Origin: Ostreococcus lucimarinus
Taxonomy: Eukaryota
DNA: 64,000 bases
Reading direction: 5' to 3' (one strand)
Assembly: GCA_000092065.1 (NCBI GenBank)
Contig: CP000583.1
A program made the translations under genes and the position numbers. A model generated the notes under the pieces. The model worked only from the letters and a program-made list of their open reading frames with translations. It was not told where the DNA came from and did no database searches. Of the stretch, positions 50,455 through 59,740 are shown in pieces. Each line of letters starts with the position of its first letter. The stretch's first letter is position 1.

Positions 50455-51720
50455 TCACCACTGTTCGCCGACCTCCTCGCTTCGCATCTTGCGGCCTCGC
50501 CCGCGCGCGCCGCGTTGCATGAATCGCGTCGGCGAGAACGGTTTGATGTCGATCGAACTCTTGCCTTTCGTGATGAGATCGGCGATTATTTCTCCCGCGA
50601 CGGGCGACCAAAGGATGCCCCAACAGTTTCCAGCGGTCGCCATGTACGCGTTTTCGATGCCGTCCACGGGGCCTAGAATCGGAAGCGCGTCCGGGGCGCA
50701 GGGACGCATGCACGCCTGAGTCACCAACGGCGCCTTGCCGTCGCCGCCGATGCTGCGCGACATGCCTCCGAAACTGCGCATCGCTGCGGCGACGCGACTG
50801 GGATCCTCGACGATCTTTTCGCTTCGATCGCAGTCGCCGCCCGGCAACAATCGTTCCTCGTCGATGTATTGGGATCCCCCGATCCCGCAAATGTACACCT
50901 CCCCGGTGCTCCGAGGATACACCTCCAAGTGGCACCCATTTTCATCTTCACCGCAAAACAACGCCGCCGGTTCCCTCATCACCGCCTCCGACGCCTCGTA
51001 CATCACGCTCGTCGAACGAATGCCCGTCATCGGTACTTTAATCCCAAACCATTCGCTCGCGCGCGTCGCCCACGGACCCATGGCCACGACGACGTGATCC
51101 GCTTCAATTTCTTCCACCGTTCCATCGTCCTCATTTTTATACACCAATCCGCGCACTTTCGCGCCATCATCCGCGAACGTCACCCCAGTGACTTCGCCCT
51201 TGACGCACGTGGCGCCGAGTCGCACGGCGGCGTCGTGCAATTTTTCGCACAATTCCTTCGGTGTCACCTGCGCCGTGCCGAATTCGTCCATCATTCGACA
51301 CATTTGAATGTCGCCGTCGAGCCACGACACGAGGGGAGTCGGTCCACCGTCCAGCGCCGATCCGCCCAGCACGCTCAGCGTCGGGATTTTTCGATACGTC
51401 TCCAGCAGCAACTCCTCCGCGAGCGTCTCGTGCAGCTCAAACGCGCGCTTATGCAGCGGCGCGGTCGGCGTGCCGTCTCCCCAGTCCCTGGCGAGGAAAC
51501 CTCCGCCCTTACCGCTCGCCGCGCTCGCCACGCGCGATCGCTCGACGATGACGACGTCGCAGTGGGAGGTGCGCTGACAAAAATACGCGCACGCGCATCC
51601 CCAAAGGCCGCCTCCGGCGATCGCGACGACGGGTTTGTCGCGAGCGACGCTCGCGTTGACCGCGCGGTTGGCCTCGGCGCGCGGAATCACGGCGGGCGCG
51701 CGGTGATGGACGGCGCGCAT
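50455..51720 (-). CDS. FAD-dependent oxidoreductase (DAO family)
   Basis: The Rossmann motif VVAIAGGGLWGCACA is present in a DAO-type fold, with …CWGILWSPVAGE… at the C-terminus. Start chosen at MRAVHH (ATG 51720) to avoid overlap with the TAP42 gene. Confidence 0.7.
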   Translation of the reverse strand: MRAVHHRAPAVIPRAEANRAVNASVARDKPVVAIAGGGLWGCACAYFCQRTSHCDVVIVERSRVASAASGKGGGFLARDWGDGTPTAPLHKRAFELHETLAEELLLETYRKIPTLSVLGGSALDGGPTPLVSWLDGDIQMCRMMDEFGTAQVTPKELCEKLHDAAVRLGATCVKGEVTGVTFADDGAKVRGLVYKNEDDGTVEEIEADHVVVAMGPWATRASEWFGIKVPMTGIRSTSVMYEASEAVMREPAALFCGEDENGCHLEVYPRSTGEVYICGIGGSQYIDEERLLPGGDCDRSEKIVEDPSRVAAAMRSFGGMSRSIGGDGKAPLVTQACMRPCAPDALPILGPVDGIENAYMATAGNCWGILWSPVAGEIIADLITKGKSSIDIKPFSPTRFMQRGARGRGRKMRSEEVGEQW

Positions 51721-51805
51721 CGAGACTGAGCGCCGGCGAGTGGCGCGCGCGTCCCGCTCGGGACGCGACGCGAGGAGAGTTTGAACAAAGTTTACAGTCG
51801 CTAAG

Positions 51806-52846
51806 TCATCCGCACGGGCGAAGTTTTGAGTTACCGCCGCCGTAGGGGTTATCATCCTTGAACTCGTCCCACGCGCGCGCCTTTCGAAGCGCCTCTTCCT
51901 CGAGCTGGTCTTCGGATTTCGAAGCGCGGTCGATTTCGGCGAGACGCGCGCGCTCGACTTCCCGCGCCCGGCGCTCGAGCATCTCCGCGCGTTCGATCTC
52001 TCCCGCCTGCTCGATCGTCATCGTCGGTAAGATGTGCGATGGACGAAACACCTCCGAGCGCATGCGCGCGCGCGGGTCGACTCGGACGACGTCCGCGGCG
52101 AGCGACATCGCGGCGGCGTCGCGTTCGATTGTATAAATCTCCGGCGCGCGCCGCCCGACGCGCTCGTCTTCGTTCGCCATGCGCTCGCGTTCGCGCTCGC
52201 GCGCGTCCTCCAGCTCAGACCGTCGCGCCAACATCTCGCTCTCCACTCGCAGCGTCGGGAGCTCATCCAGAGATTCATACACCGCGCGCTCCAACGTCAG
52301 CGTCCAAAACTCGCGCTCGAGCGCGTCCCCGTCCTCGTCCTCTTCATCCTCATCCCCATCTCCACCGTCCCTTCGCGCCAGCGTCGCTCGAATCGTCTCC
52401 AACCGCGTCTCCACCGTTCGTTTCGCCCTGTACCGTCGCACTTTCTCTTCCCTCGCGTCGTTTCTTCCCGTCGTCCCGTCGCCTCCGCGCGTCCCCGCGC
52501 GCGTCGTCGCCTCGTCTCGCCCGTCCGCGTTCGCCTCCCTCTCGTACGCCTCCACCTCCGCTCGCGGCATCGCCTCGATCGCGCGCGTCAGCGCCAGAAA
52601 CCTCTCGTGCGCGTCCACGGCCTCCGCGATCGCGCCCGCGCGTCGCAGCGCGTCCGCCTCGCGTCGGCTCGCGAGCGCGTACTTGACGTCCGCCGTCGGC
52701 CACGCGTCGAGCGTCTCCGTCGCGCCCGCGACGCTCGATCGCGCGACGGCGCGTCGCAGGCGCGCGCAGTCGTCGACGCTCGCGGTCGGCGCGCTCGCGC
52801 GCGCGTACAGCGTCGGCAGCGGCGCGTCGTCGTCGCGCGTCGCCAT
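51806..52846 (-). CDS. TAP42/alpha4 (IGBP1) PP2A-associated protein
   Basis: The TAP42-family C-terminus …EVFRPSHILPTMTIEQ…KARAWDEFKDDNPYGGGN is present. ATG at 52846 (M54 of the ORF). Confidence 0.65.
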   Translation of the reverse strand: MATRDDDAPLPTLYARASAPTASVDDCARLRRAVARSSVAGATETLDAWPTADVKYALASRREADALRRAGAIAEAVDAHERFLALTRAIEAMPRAEVEAYEREANADGRDEATTRAGTRGGDGTTGRNDAREEKVRRYRAKRTVETRLETIRATLARRDGGDGDEDEEDEDGDALEREFWTLTLERAVYESLDELPTLRVESEMLARRSELEDARERERERMANEDERVGRRAPEIYTIERDAAAMSLAADVVRVDPRARMRSEVFRPSHILPTMTIEQAGEIERAEMLERRAREVERARLAEIDRASKSEDQLEEEALRKARAWDEFKDDNPYGGGNSKLRPCG

Positions 52847-52947
52847 CGCGCGCGCGTGTGTCGACCGCGCTTTGTCCGTGCGTCGCGTCCACTCGACGAC
52901 GCGCGCGGCGCGAGCGACGCGAGGGAAGGCGCGACGAACGACGAGAG

Positions 52948-55563
52948 ATGACGCGCGGGAAGACGGCGTCCGCGGGCGCGACGCGATGGACGCGAACGCT
53001 CGCACTGGCGCTCATCGCGATGGTGTTGGGCGCGGTCAGGGGGGATTCGACGACGGGCGCGACGCGAAAGTTGCTCGGCGGTGGCGGCGGTGGGAACGTC
53101 ATAGACACCGTCGTGGAAACGGCGGAAGATTTCGGGGAAACGGTGAGCGAGGTGATCGAACCGGTGGTGTCGGAAGTGATGAACGACGCGACGGTGCAAT
53201 CCATGGTCACGGAGACGGTGAGCTTCGCGGAGGCGGAGTACCAAGCGTCTTACGACTGGACCGAAGACGCGTACCACACGGTTCGACAAGACGAGATTTG
53301 TCAACTCGTGGGTCAGGCCACCGTGGATGCGTTTGAATCGACCGAAATCGTGTCTCGAATGGATGAGTATTACGACGACGCTAAGGGTTGGACCGAAGGA
53401 GCGGTCCAAAAGCTCGAAGAAACCGCGGTGGAACTCGCCAAGGACATTGAAAAAGTCGCCGAAATGATCGCAGCCTTCTTCAACGGCTTACAATGTCTTG
53501 AAGTCGCAGACACTTTACAAGACATGTTAAAATCTGTCCTGAAGGACGTCAGTTCCGGGAACGTGAAAAATTTGCTCGACGATGTCAGCAAGCGAGTGGA
53601 CAAATACAAGAATAATCTCGACGGCCCACTGTGCGAATCCATGTGGGCTCTGACTCTTGGTCCACAAGCGATCGTCATCGCAGAAATGATGAGATCTTTC
53701 ATCTCGACGCTCAAAGATAAATGTCCGGCTGCCATGTCTGGCTCCGATCTGCCCGCGTTTGCGCTCGGATTCATAGCGAGTGGCGACGCTTACGCCCTCG
53801 CTTCCACCGGTGCGGGTATCGAGCTCGCCATCGGCATGGATTTGCACGGTGAACGCTTTTGCTACGTCGCAGGCTGTGCGTACGGCGGCATCACCTTCGG
53901 TGATGCCGGTTACGGTGGTACCGCTGGCATACAAGTCACGGGATACAAATCTATTTCGTCGGTTCCCGGTACGGCAAACTTCATCTCCCTCGGGCTCGGT
54001 GTCGATATTCCGCTCACTCCTATCGGTGCAGAAGCCGGTGTGACTTACGTGTATTCTGGTAATGACATGTCCGATCCCATTGGGGTGGCATTTATGGGTG
54101 GGGGGAGCTTGAGCGCGAGCACGTCCTTGCTTCCGGCGTCAGTTTCCCTCATGCACGGTATTTGTCACACACCAGTCTGCGTGACCGTTCAGGGAACAGA
54201 ATGCGGCGCAAAGGAACCAATCTTGGCGATCGGAAATAAACACAAAAACGTCGCATGCGAAGGCAGTAGTAAAACGCTTTCGTGTCCAGCTGGTAAGACG
54301 ATAAGCGTGAACGCAGCGTCGTATGGGCGACATGATGGAACCACGTGCCCGCACAGCGCGACTTCGAATCGAAACTGCCACGCCACCAATTCGCTCGAAA
54401 AAGTGAAGAAAATGTGCGAAGGCAAGACCTCCTGCACGGTCACGGCGAGTCATGGTATTTTCGGTGATCCCTGTGCAGGTACGTACAAGTACTTGAGTGT
54501 TGACTACGAATGTACAGATTCGAAAACAGCGCTCGCGTGTGAAAGCCAATATACCGACTTGTCTTGCCCGGAAGGTCACACCATCAGCGTGCACACTGCA
54601 TCGTATGGGCGACATGATGGAACCACGTGCCCGCACAGCGCGACTTCAAATCGAAATTGCCACGCATCTGGCAGTATGAAGTATGTCAATGAAATGTGCG
54701 GGGGCAAGAATAAGTGCACGGTTCGGGCAGATCATAAAATCTTGGGTGACCCTTGTGGCGGAACCTACAAGTATCTGGAGGTGACATACGGCTGCGTGCT
54801 TAGTGTCATGAGTAGATCGACTCTCACGTGTGAAGGTGGTACAGATGCTCTTGAGTGTCCACCTGGATACGTAATCGATCTGCAAGATGCGCTCTACGGT
54901 AGAGTCGATCGTGACGTCTGTCCTCACCCCGCTATTCACACTGACACGTGCAGTGCGAACGGTGTCTTCGACAAGATTGCAGCCGAATGTAACGGCAGGT
55001 CAACCTGCTCTCCAAGTGCGTCGAACTCAAGGTTTGGAGATCCTTGCGGTGGGACATATAAATACTTGAGCACGAAGTACCAATGCGTTCCACCATCTAC
55101 ATCGACGAGCGCGCTCGCTTGCGAAGGACGTCCAGCGTCGATGTCATGTCCATCAGGACAAACTGTTTCGGTCATCTCGGCATCCTATGGACGACACAAC
55201 GCACACACGTGTCCCCACTCGGCCGTATCGAACCAGAACTGTCACGCGAGCAACTCTCTCGAAAAAGTCAAAAGTCAGTGCGACGGACGGCGCAGTTGCT
55301 CGCCGCACGCGAGTCACCACACTTTCGGTGATCCCTGCGGAGGCACATACAAGTATCTCGAAGCTGCGTACACGTGCGTCTCAGACTCAGCGTCCGCCGG
55401 GTTGGGGAGCGGCCCACTGACGACCAGAGTGTCCTGGTTGCAAACGTTTTGCCTCGCCGTCGCGGCCGTCGGATTCGCGCTCTACGGACGCGCCGACCGC
55501 CGAGACGCCGCCCTTCGCCCAGCCGCGCTCCGCGACGCGCGAGACTACGGCGCGAGACGCTGA
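52948..55563 (+). CDS. Secreted/membrane-anchored protein with an N-terminal domain and four tandem SUEL-type (galactose/rhamnose-binding) lectin domains
   Basis: A signal peptide (…TRTLALALIAMVLGAV) is present. Four repeats follow of C..G..ISV..ASYGR.DGTTCPHSA.SN.NCHA…C.GK..C.V.A…FGDPC.GTYKYL…Y.C. A C-terminal hydrophobic tail (LQTFCLAVAAVGFALY) is present. ATG at 52948. Confidence 0.75.
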   Translation: MTRGKTASAGATRWTRTLALALIAMVLGAVRGDSTTGATRKLLGGGGGGNVIDTVVETAEDFGETVSEVIEPVVSEVMNDATVQSMVTETVSFAEAEYQASYDWTEDAYHTVRQDEICQLVGQATVDAFESTEIVSRMDEYYDDAKGWTEGAVQKLEETAVELAKDIEKVAEMIAAFFNGLQCLEVADTLQDMLKSVLKDVSSGNVKNLLDDVSKRVDKYKNNLDGPLCESMWALTLGPQAIVIAEMMRSFISTLKDKCPAAMSGSDLPAFALGFIASGDAYALASTGAGIELAIGMDLHGERFCYVAGCAYGGITFGDAGYGGTAGIQVTGYKSISSVPGTANFISLGLGVDIPLTPIGAEAGVTYVYSGNDMSDPIGVAFMGGGSLSASTSLLPASVSLMHGICHTPVCVTVQGTECGAKEPILAIGNKHKNVACEGSSKTLSCPAGKTISVNAASYGRHDGTTCPHSATSNRNCHATNSLEKVKKMCEGKTSCTVTASHGIFGDPCAGTYKYLSVDYECTDSKTALACESQYTDLSCPEGHTISVHTASYGRHDGTTCPHSATSNRNCHASGSMKYVNEMCGGKNKCTVRADHKILGDPCGGTYKYLEVTYGCVLSVMSRSTLTCEGGTDALECPPGYVIDLQDALYGRVDRDVCPHPAIHTDTCSANGVFDKIAAECNGRSTCSPSASNSRFGDPCGGTYKYLSTKYQCVPPSTSTSALACEGRPASMSCPSGQTVSVISASYGRHNAHTCPHSAVSNQNCHASNSLEKVKSQCDGRRSCSPHASHHTFGDPCGGTYKYLEAAYTCVSDSASAGLGSGPLTTRVSWLQTFCLAVAAVGFALYGRADRRDAALRPAALRDARDYGARR
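54250..55380 (+). repeat. Four tandem SUEL-lectin domain repeats with near-identical nucleotide stretches (recent intragenic duplication)
   Basis: The segment tcgtatgggcgacatgatggaaccacgtgcccgcacagcgcgacttc…aatcgaaa.tgccacgc is repeated at about 54325 and about 54600. Confidence 0.7.
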
Positions 55564-55706
55564 CCTCACCGCGGATCGCCTTTTTTCCTTTTGTCATATC
55601 TATTTTTGTCTCCTTTACGTTTACATCGTTTACGTTTCGTCGACGGCGCGTCGTCGCGTCGTCGTCCCGGCGACCTCTCGCGGTCTCGCGACCGCAGACG
55701 GCGACG

Positions 55707-55956
55707 ATGTCCGAGCGCTTCTCGGCCAAGGGCGCGGCGCTGATGCGCGCGTGCGGGTACAAGGGACACGGGGGACTGGGCGCGCGCGAGCGCGGGCGCG
55801 AGGCGCCCGTGGAGGCGCGCGTGAAGCGCGACCGCGCGGGATTGGGAAGCGCGCGCGAGAGAGATTACGAAATCGTCGGTGCGACGACGACGCGCGCGCG
55901 ATCGACGACGACGACGACGACGACGACGCGCGCGAGGAAACGCGCGAAGTCGACGC

Positions 55957-55990
<34 letters not shown>

Positions 55991-56288
55991 GACGGTGAAG
56001 GCGAAGGCGAAGGCGATTCGCGCGAACGCCGAGGCCAAGGCGAGGCGGGACGCGAACCTCGCGCGAGCGGTGTATCGAGCGTTCAAGAGCGAGGACGGCG
56101 AGGAGAGAGCGAACGAGAATCCCGTCGCGCGCGCGACGCTGAGCGGGATGTCGGCGAGGAATCCGTTGCGCGGGAAGAGTTTCGAGCGGTCGAGCGGCGG
56201 AACGCGCGGTTACGGCGGAACGGTGAGTTACAGTGGTTACAGTGGTCTCGGCGCGCGCCTCGGCGGCGTCGCGCGAGGTAAAGAATAG
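55707..56288 (+). CDS. G-patch domain protein with poly-Thr/poly-Asp tracts
   Basis: The G-patch AALMRACGYKGHGGLGARERGREAPVEARVKRDRAGLG is present. (GAC)n encodes T8 and D10. Confidence 0.5.
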
Positions 56289-56355
56289 ATCGTAGTCGTA
56301 GCGTTTGTGCGTCGGATAGAGAGTACAGTAGTGTATAACGCGAGACGACGACGAA

Positions 56356-56832
56356 TTAGACGTTGGTGTCGTCGCCCGTCGTCTTCGCGTCGTCGTCGTC
56401 GCCCGCCTCGCGCAGCGTCACCACGCACGTCACCGCATCGCGCGCGCGCGCGTCGTCACCGTTCTCGATCGTCTCGTCGTCGTCGTCGTCGTCGTCGTCG
56501 CGCGTCTCGATCGCGATCATCACCTCGCCTCCCGGCATCGCGAACGCCGCGCATCGCCCCCTCCACGCCTCGTGCGCGCGTTCCTTCTCCTCCAGCGCCC
56601 TTCGCCGCGCCTCCGCCGCCGCGCGCGCCTCCATCGCCGCCGCGCGCGTTTTCGCGCGCTTCACTCGGCACAGGCACACCAGCATCCACGCCACGACCGC
56701 CATCAGCGCGGCGGCGACGACGAACAGCATCGCCCCGCCGTCGTCGTCGCGCGGCGGCGACCGCGCGACCGCGTCCGCGCGCGTCGCGTTCGCGCTCGAC
56801 GCGCGCGGCGCGTCGACGACGCTCGTCGACAT
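56356..56832 (-). CDS. Hypothetical single-pass membrane protein with acidic C-terminal tail
   Basis: A TM segment MLFVVAAALMAVVAWMLVCLC, a coiled-coil-like region and a D8 tract are present. No family was recognised. Confidence 0.25.
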   Translation of the reverse strand: MSTSVVDAPRASSANATRADAVARSPPRDDDGGAMLFVVAAALMAVVAWMLVCLCRVKRAKTRAAAMEARAAAEARRRALEEKERAHEAWRGRCAAFAMPGGEVMIAIETRDDDDDDDDETIENGDDARARDAVTCVVTLREAGDDDDAKTTGDDTNV

Positions 56833-57179
56833 CGCGCGCGCGCGTCGTCGTCGGTCGTCGCGCGCGCGTCGCGGCGCGCGCGTGTGACGACCGTCGCGCG
56901 GTCGGTGTCGACCCGAACGGCAGGCGAAGCGACGTTTTCGACGACGAAACGGCGCGCAGTGGGCAAACAGTGCGACGCGAACGATGGGCGCGGTCGGTCG
57001 CGGTCGACCGCCCGCTTCCACGGGTGACATTCCACGACGACGCGGGCGGGACGACGGCACGGTCGACGACGGAACGACCGACGCCGACGCGGACGGCGGC
57101 GCCGACGGTGCGGGAGGCGGAGGCGCGGGCGCGGAGGTGGCGGACGCGACGCTCGACGCGCGCGCTCGCGGCGACGGAG

Positions 57180-58231
57180 CGGTCGGCGAGGGAGAGGACG
57201 GGGACGACGACGGGAGGTTTGGTGGTGGCGATCCCGTCGGCGTCGTCTTCGCCGACGACGGTGGTCACGACGGTCCATTCGTTGAGGTACGCGTCGAGGG
57301 AGGCGGAGAGGACGCCGGCGTAGCGAACGCTTCGATCCGGGTTGGTCGTCGACGGCGCGAGGAAGCTTTGCTCGCGGCGCCTTTCGATTCGCGACGCCTC
57401 TCCGCTCGTTCGTCTCGGCACGGCGCGTCTGATGCGCGCAGACAAGGTCAAATCGTGAAACATGAGTGAGCTCGTGGAGTGCGTCAACAGCGTTTTGACG
57501 ATGAGCAAAGATTCGACGATCCAGCGAGAAAGCGAGACGAGGATTTCACGTAGCTCTTCGTCTTCGCTCGCGACGCCGACGAACTCTTCGTCCATCGTAT
57601 TCACCTGTAAAGCGGTGATGACGGATGAGATCCTCATTAATTCTTTCAGCAGATTCGTCCAAGCGGTCGTTTGAAAGTACTGGCGCCTCACGCTCTCGCG
57701 TAAATACGCCTCGGCGCTTGCGGGGTACAGGAGCGCTTGCGCGGCGGAGATGCTCTTGGCGATCGCGACGCACTCGTCGAGCTTCACCTCGCGAATGTCG
57801 TCTCCTTCGCTGATGTGATTCATCGTCAGCGCGTGATACGCGCTCGAGAGACTGCCGACGATGACGCCGGTTTGTAATCGTAACGTCTTACGCGCGTAAT
57901 TCGGAAACACCACGCGCGACGTCGCGACGATGATGACGCACCCCAAAGCCACGTGAACCGTGCGCCACAGCGCCGTTTCGAAACTGTGAGAAATCACGTT
58001 GTCCCCCGCGACGACTTTCCAGCCGTCGTTCACGACGATTAAAAACGTGAGCATGAAAATCAACCACGCGTACCCCGTCTTCGGCGATTTCGCCGTGTGA
58101 AATCTGCCAAACATCACGATACCACCGCTCAGAATCGCCCCAGCCAAGTTCTGCTTCCACCGTCCACCGACGGCGTCGACGACGTACGAGAAAACCGACC
58201 CGGTCGACGCCCCGCCGATCGTCCCCGCCAT
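57180..58231 (-). CDS. Membrane protein resembling the ALMT/FUSC (ArAE) transporter family; 3' end uncertain
   Basis: The protein begins MAGTIGGASTGSVFSYVVDAVGGRWKQNLAGAILSGGIVMFGRF…, with TM segment WLIFMLTFLIVVN. The remaining about 900 nt of ORF 56456-58306 are R/A/G low-complexity and not credible, so an undetected intron is possible. Confidence 0.3.
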
Positions 58232-58317
58232 GACGCCGTGACGACCGCGCGTCGGCGCCGCGCGGTGACGCGAAACGAACCGGCGGCGGCGCTCGACGCC
58301 CGACACCGCCGCGCGCG

Positions 58318-59631
58318 ATGCCGCCGCCGCGCGACGCGCGCCGCGGGGTGTTCGAACGCGACGCGCTCGTCGCGTTCGTGCGCGAACGCGCGTCGTGCGA
58401 CGCGGAAAAGGCGGAGAAACACGCGAAGACGCTGCGACATCGCTGCGCGGTGGCGTGTCGCGGCGGCGCGATGACGCTCGATGACGTCGAGAACGTGCGC
58501 GCGCTGGGGCTGCCGCGCGCGGTGGTGGACGCGCTGAGAGCGAACTTTGTGCTGTACACGACGAAAGTGCGACACGAGTCGCGGTCGGGGGATGGGACGA
58601 CGACGAAGATGATCGTGGAGCTCGCGGGCGGGGACGTCGTGGAGGCGTGCGTGATGCGACACGCCAAGGGAAGGACGACGCTGTGCGTGAGCTCGCAGGT
58701 CGGATGTAAGATGGGATGCACGTTTTGCGCGACGGGAACGCTCGGAGAGCTCGGGAATCTGAGCGCGGGGGAGATTTGTGAACAGTTGGCGCACGCGAGT
58801 CGAGGCGACGCGGTGAGAAACGTCGTGTTCATGGGGATGGGCGAACCGTTGAATAATTACAGAAACGTGATCGACGCGATCGAGGCGATGACGAGCGATA
58901 AGGGGTTTGGATTGTCGCCGGCGAAAATAACGGTGAGCACGGTGGGGGTGATTCCGAGGATGCGGACGCTGCGGCGAGACGCGCCGGGGACGCGCTTGGC
59001 GCTGTCGCTGCACGCGCCGAACCAGGCGCTGAGACAAAAGATTGTGCCGACGGCGACGGCGTACAAATTGGAGGATTTAATGGCGACTTTGGATGAGCAC
59101 ATGGCCAGTGGACCAAAGATGAAGACGATGATCGAGTATTGCGTCTTGGGAGGCGTGAACGACGACGAGGCGTGCGCGCGAGAGCTCGGCGCCCTGTTGC
59201 GCGGTAAGGAGGTAATCGTGAACTTGATACCGTTGAACCCGACGGATACGCCGGCTGGGCACGTGCCGCCGACGCGCGAGGCGGTGCAAAAAATGTTGGA
59301 AATTTTGACGTCGCCGGAGTTCGATTTGTTCACCACCGTGCGTCACGAGATGGGGCAAGACATCGCCGGGGCGTGCGGGCAACTCGCGCTAAAGACGCCC
59401 GATGCGCCGGACATGGAGGACATGATTGCGCCCAAGAAAAAGACGCGTGCGGTGGCGAAGAAGTTCAAATCATCATCTTCGTCAACGAAATCACCCGAAG
59501 AATTAAGTATTTCGTCTTCGGTGGTGCCATCGCGAGATTGGTCTCGAGTCGAGTGCGCGCTCGTCGCCGCCACGGCGTTGAGCGCCGTCGTCTTGGCGGT
59601 GACGATATCGAACCGAAAAGCCCGAGCGTAG
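58318..59631 (+). CDS. rlmN: RlmN/Cfr-family radical-SAM RNA methyltransferase with C-terminal hydrophobic anchor
   Basis: The radical-SAM motif CVSSQVGCKMGCTFCATG and conserved RlmN blocks (MGMGEPLNN, VSTVG, SLHAPN, EYCVLGGVND, NLIPLNP) are present. The C-terminal segment is ALVAATALSAVVLAVTI. ATG at 58318. Confidence 0.85.
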   Translation: MPPPRDARRGVFERDALVAFVRERASCDAEKAEKHAKTLRHRCAVACRGGAMTLDDVENVRALGLPRAVVDALRANFVLYTTKVRHESRSGDGTTTKMIVELAGGDVVEACVMRHAKGRTTLCVSSQVGCKMGCTFCATGTLGELGNLSAGEICEQLAHASRGDAVRNVVFMGMGEPLNNYRNVIDAIEAMTSDKGFGLSPAKITVSTVGVIPRMRTLRRDAPGTRLALSLHAPNQALRQKIVPTATAYKLEDLMATLDEHMASGPKMKTMIEYCVLGGVNDDEACARELGALLRGKEVIVNLIPLNPTDTPAGHVPPTREAVQKMLEILTSPEFDLFTTVRHEMGQDIAGACGQLALKTPDAPDMEDMIAPKKKTRAVAKKFKSSSSSTKSPEELSISSSVVPSRDWSRVECALVAATALSAVVLAVTISNRKARA

Positions 59632-59740
59632 CACTAGCGATGTAATTTTACAAGTAGGATAGGAAATCAAATGTGTCGCTGAGTTTCGCGAGAACTCACA
59701 TCGTCGGCGTCGGTTAAGTGATTGTGCATCAAATCGTCCA

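Noticed and set aside
56307-57323. 338-aa plus-strand Arg/Pro/Ser-rich ORF, and the 3' 900 nt of ORF 56456-58306
   Set aside because: The composition-driven ORFs have no recognisable domains. The ALMT-like homology stops about 375 aa into the minus-strand ORF.
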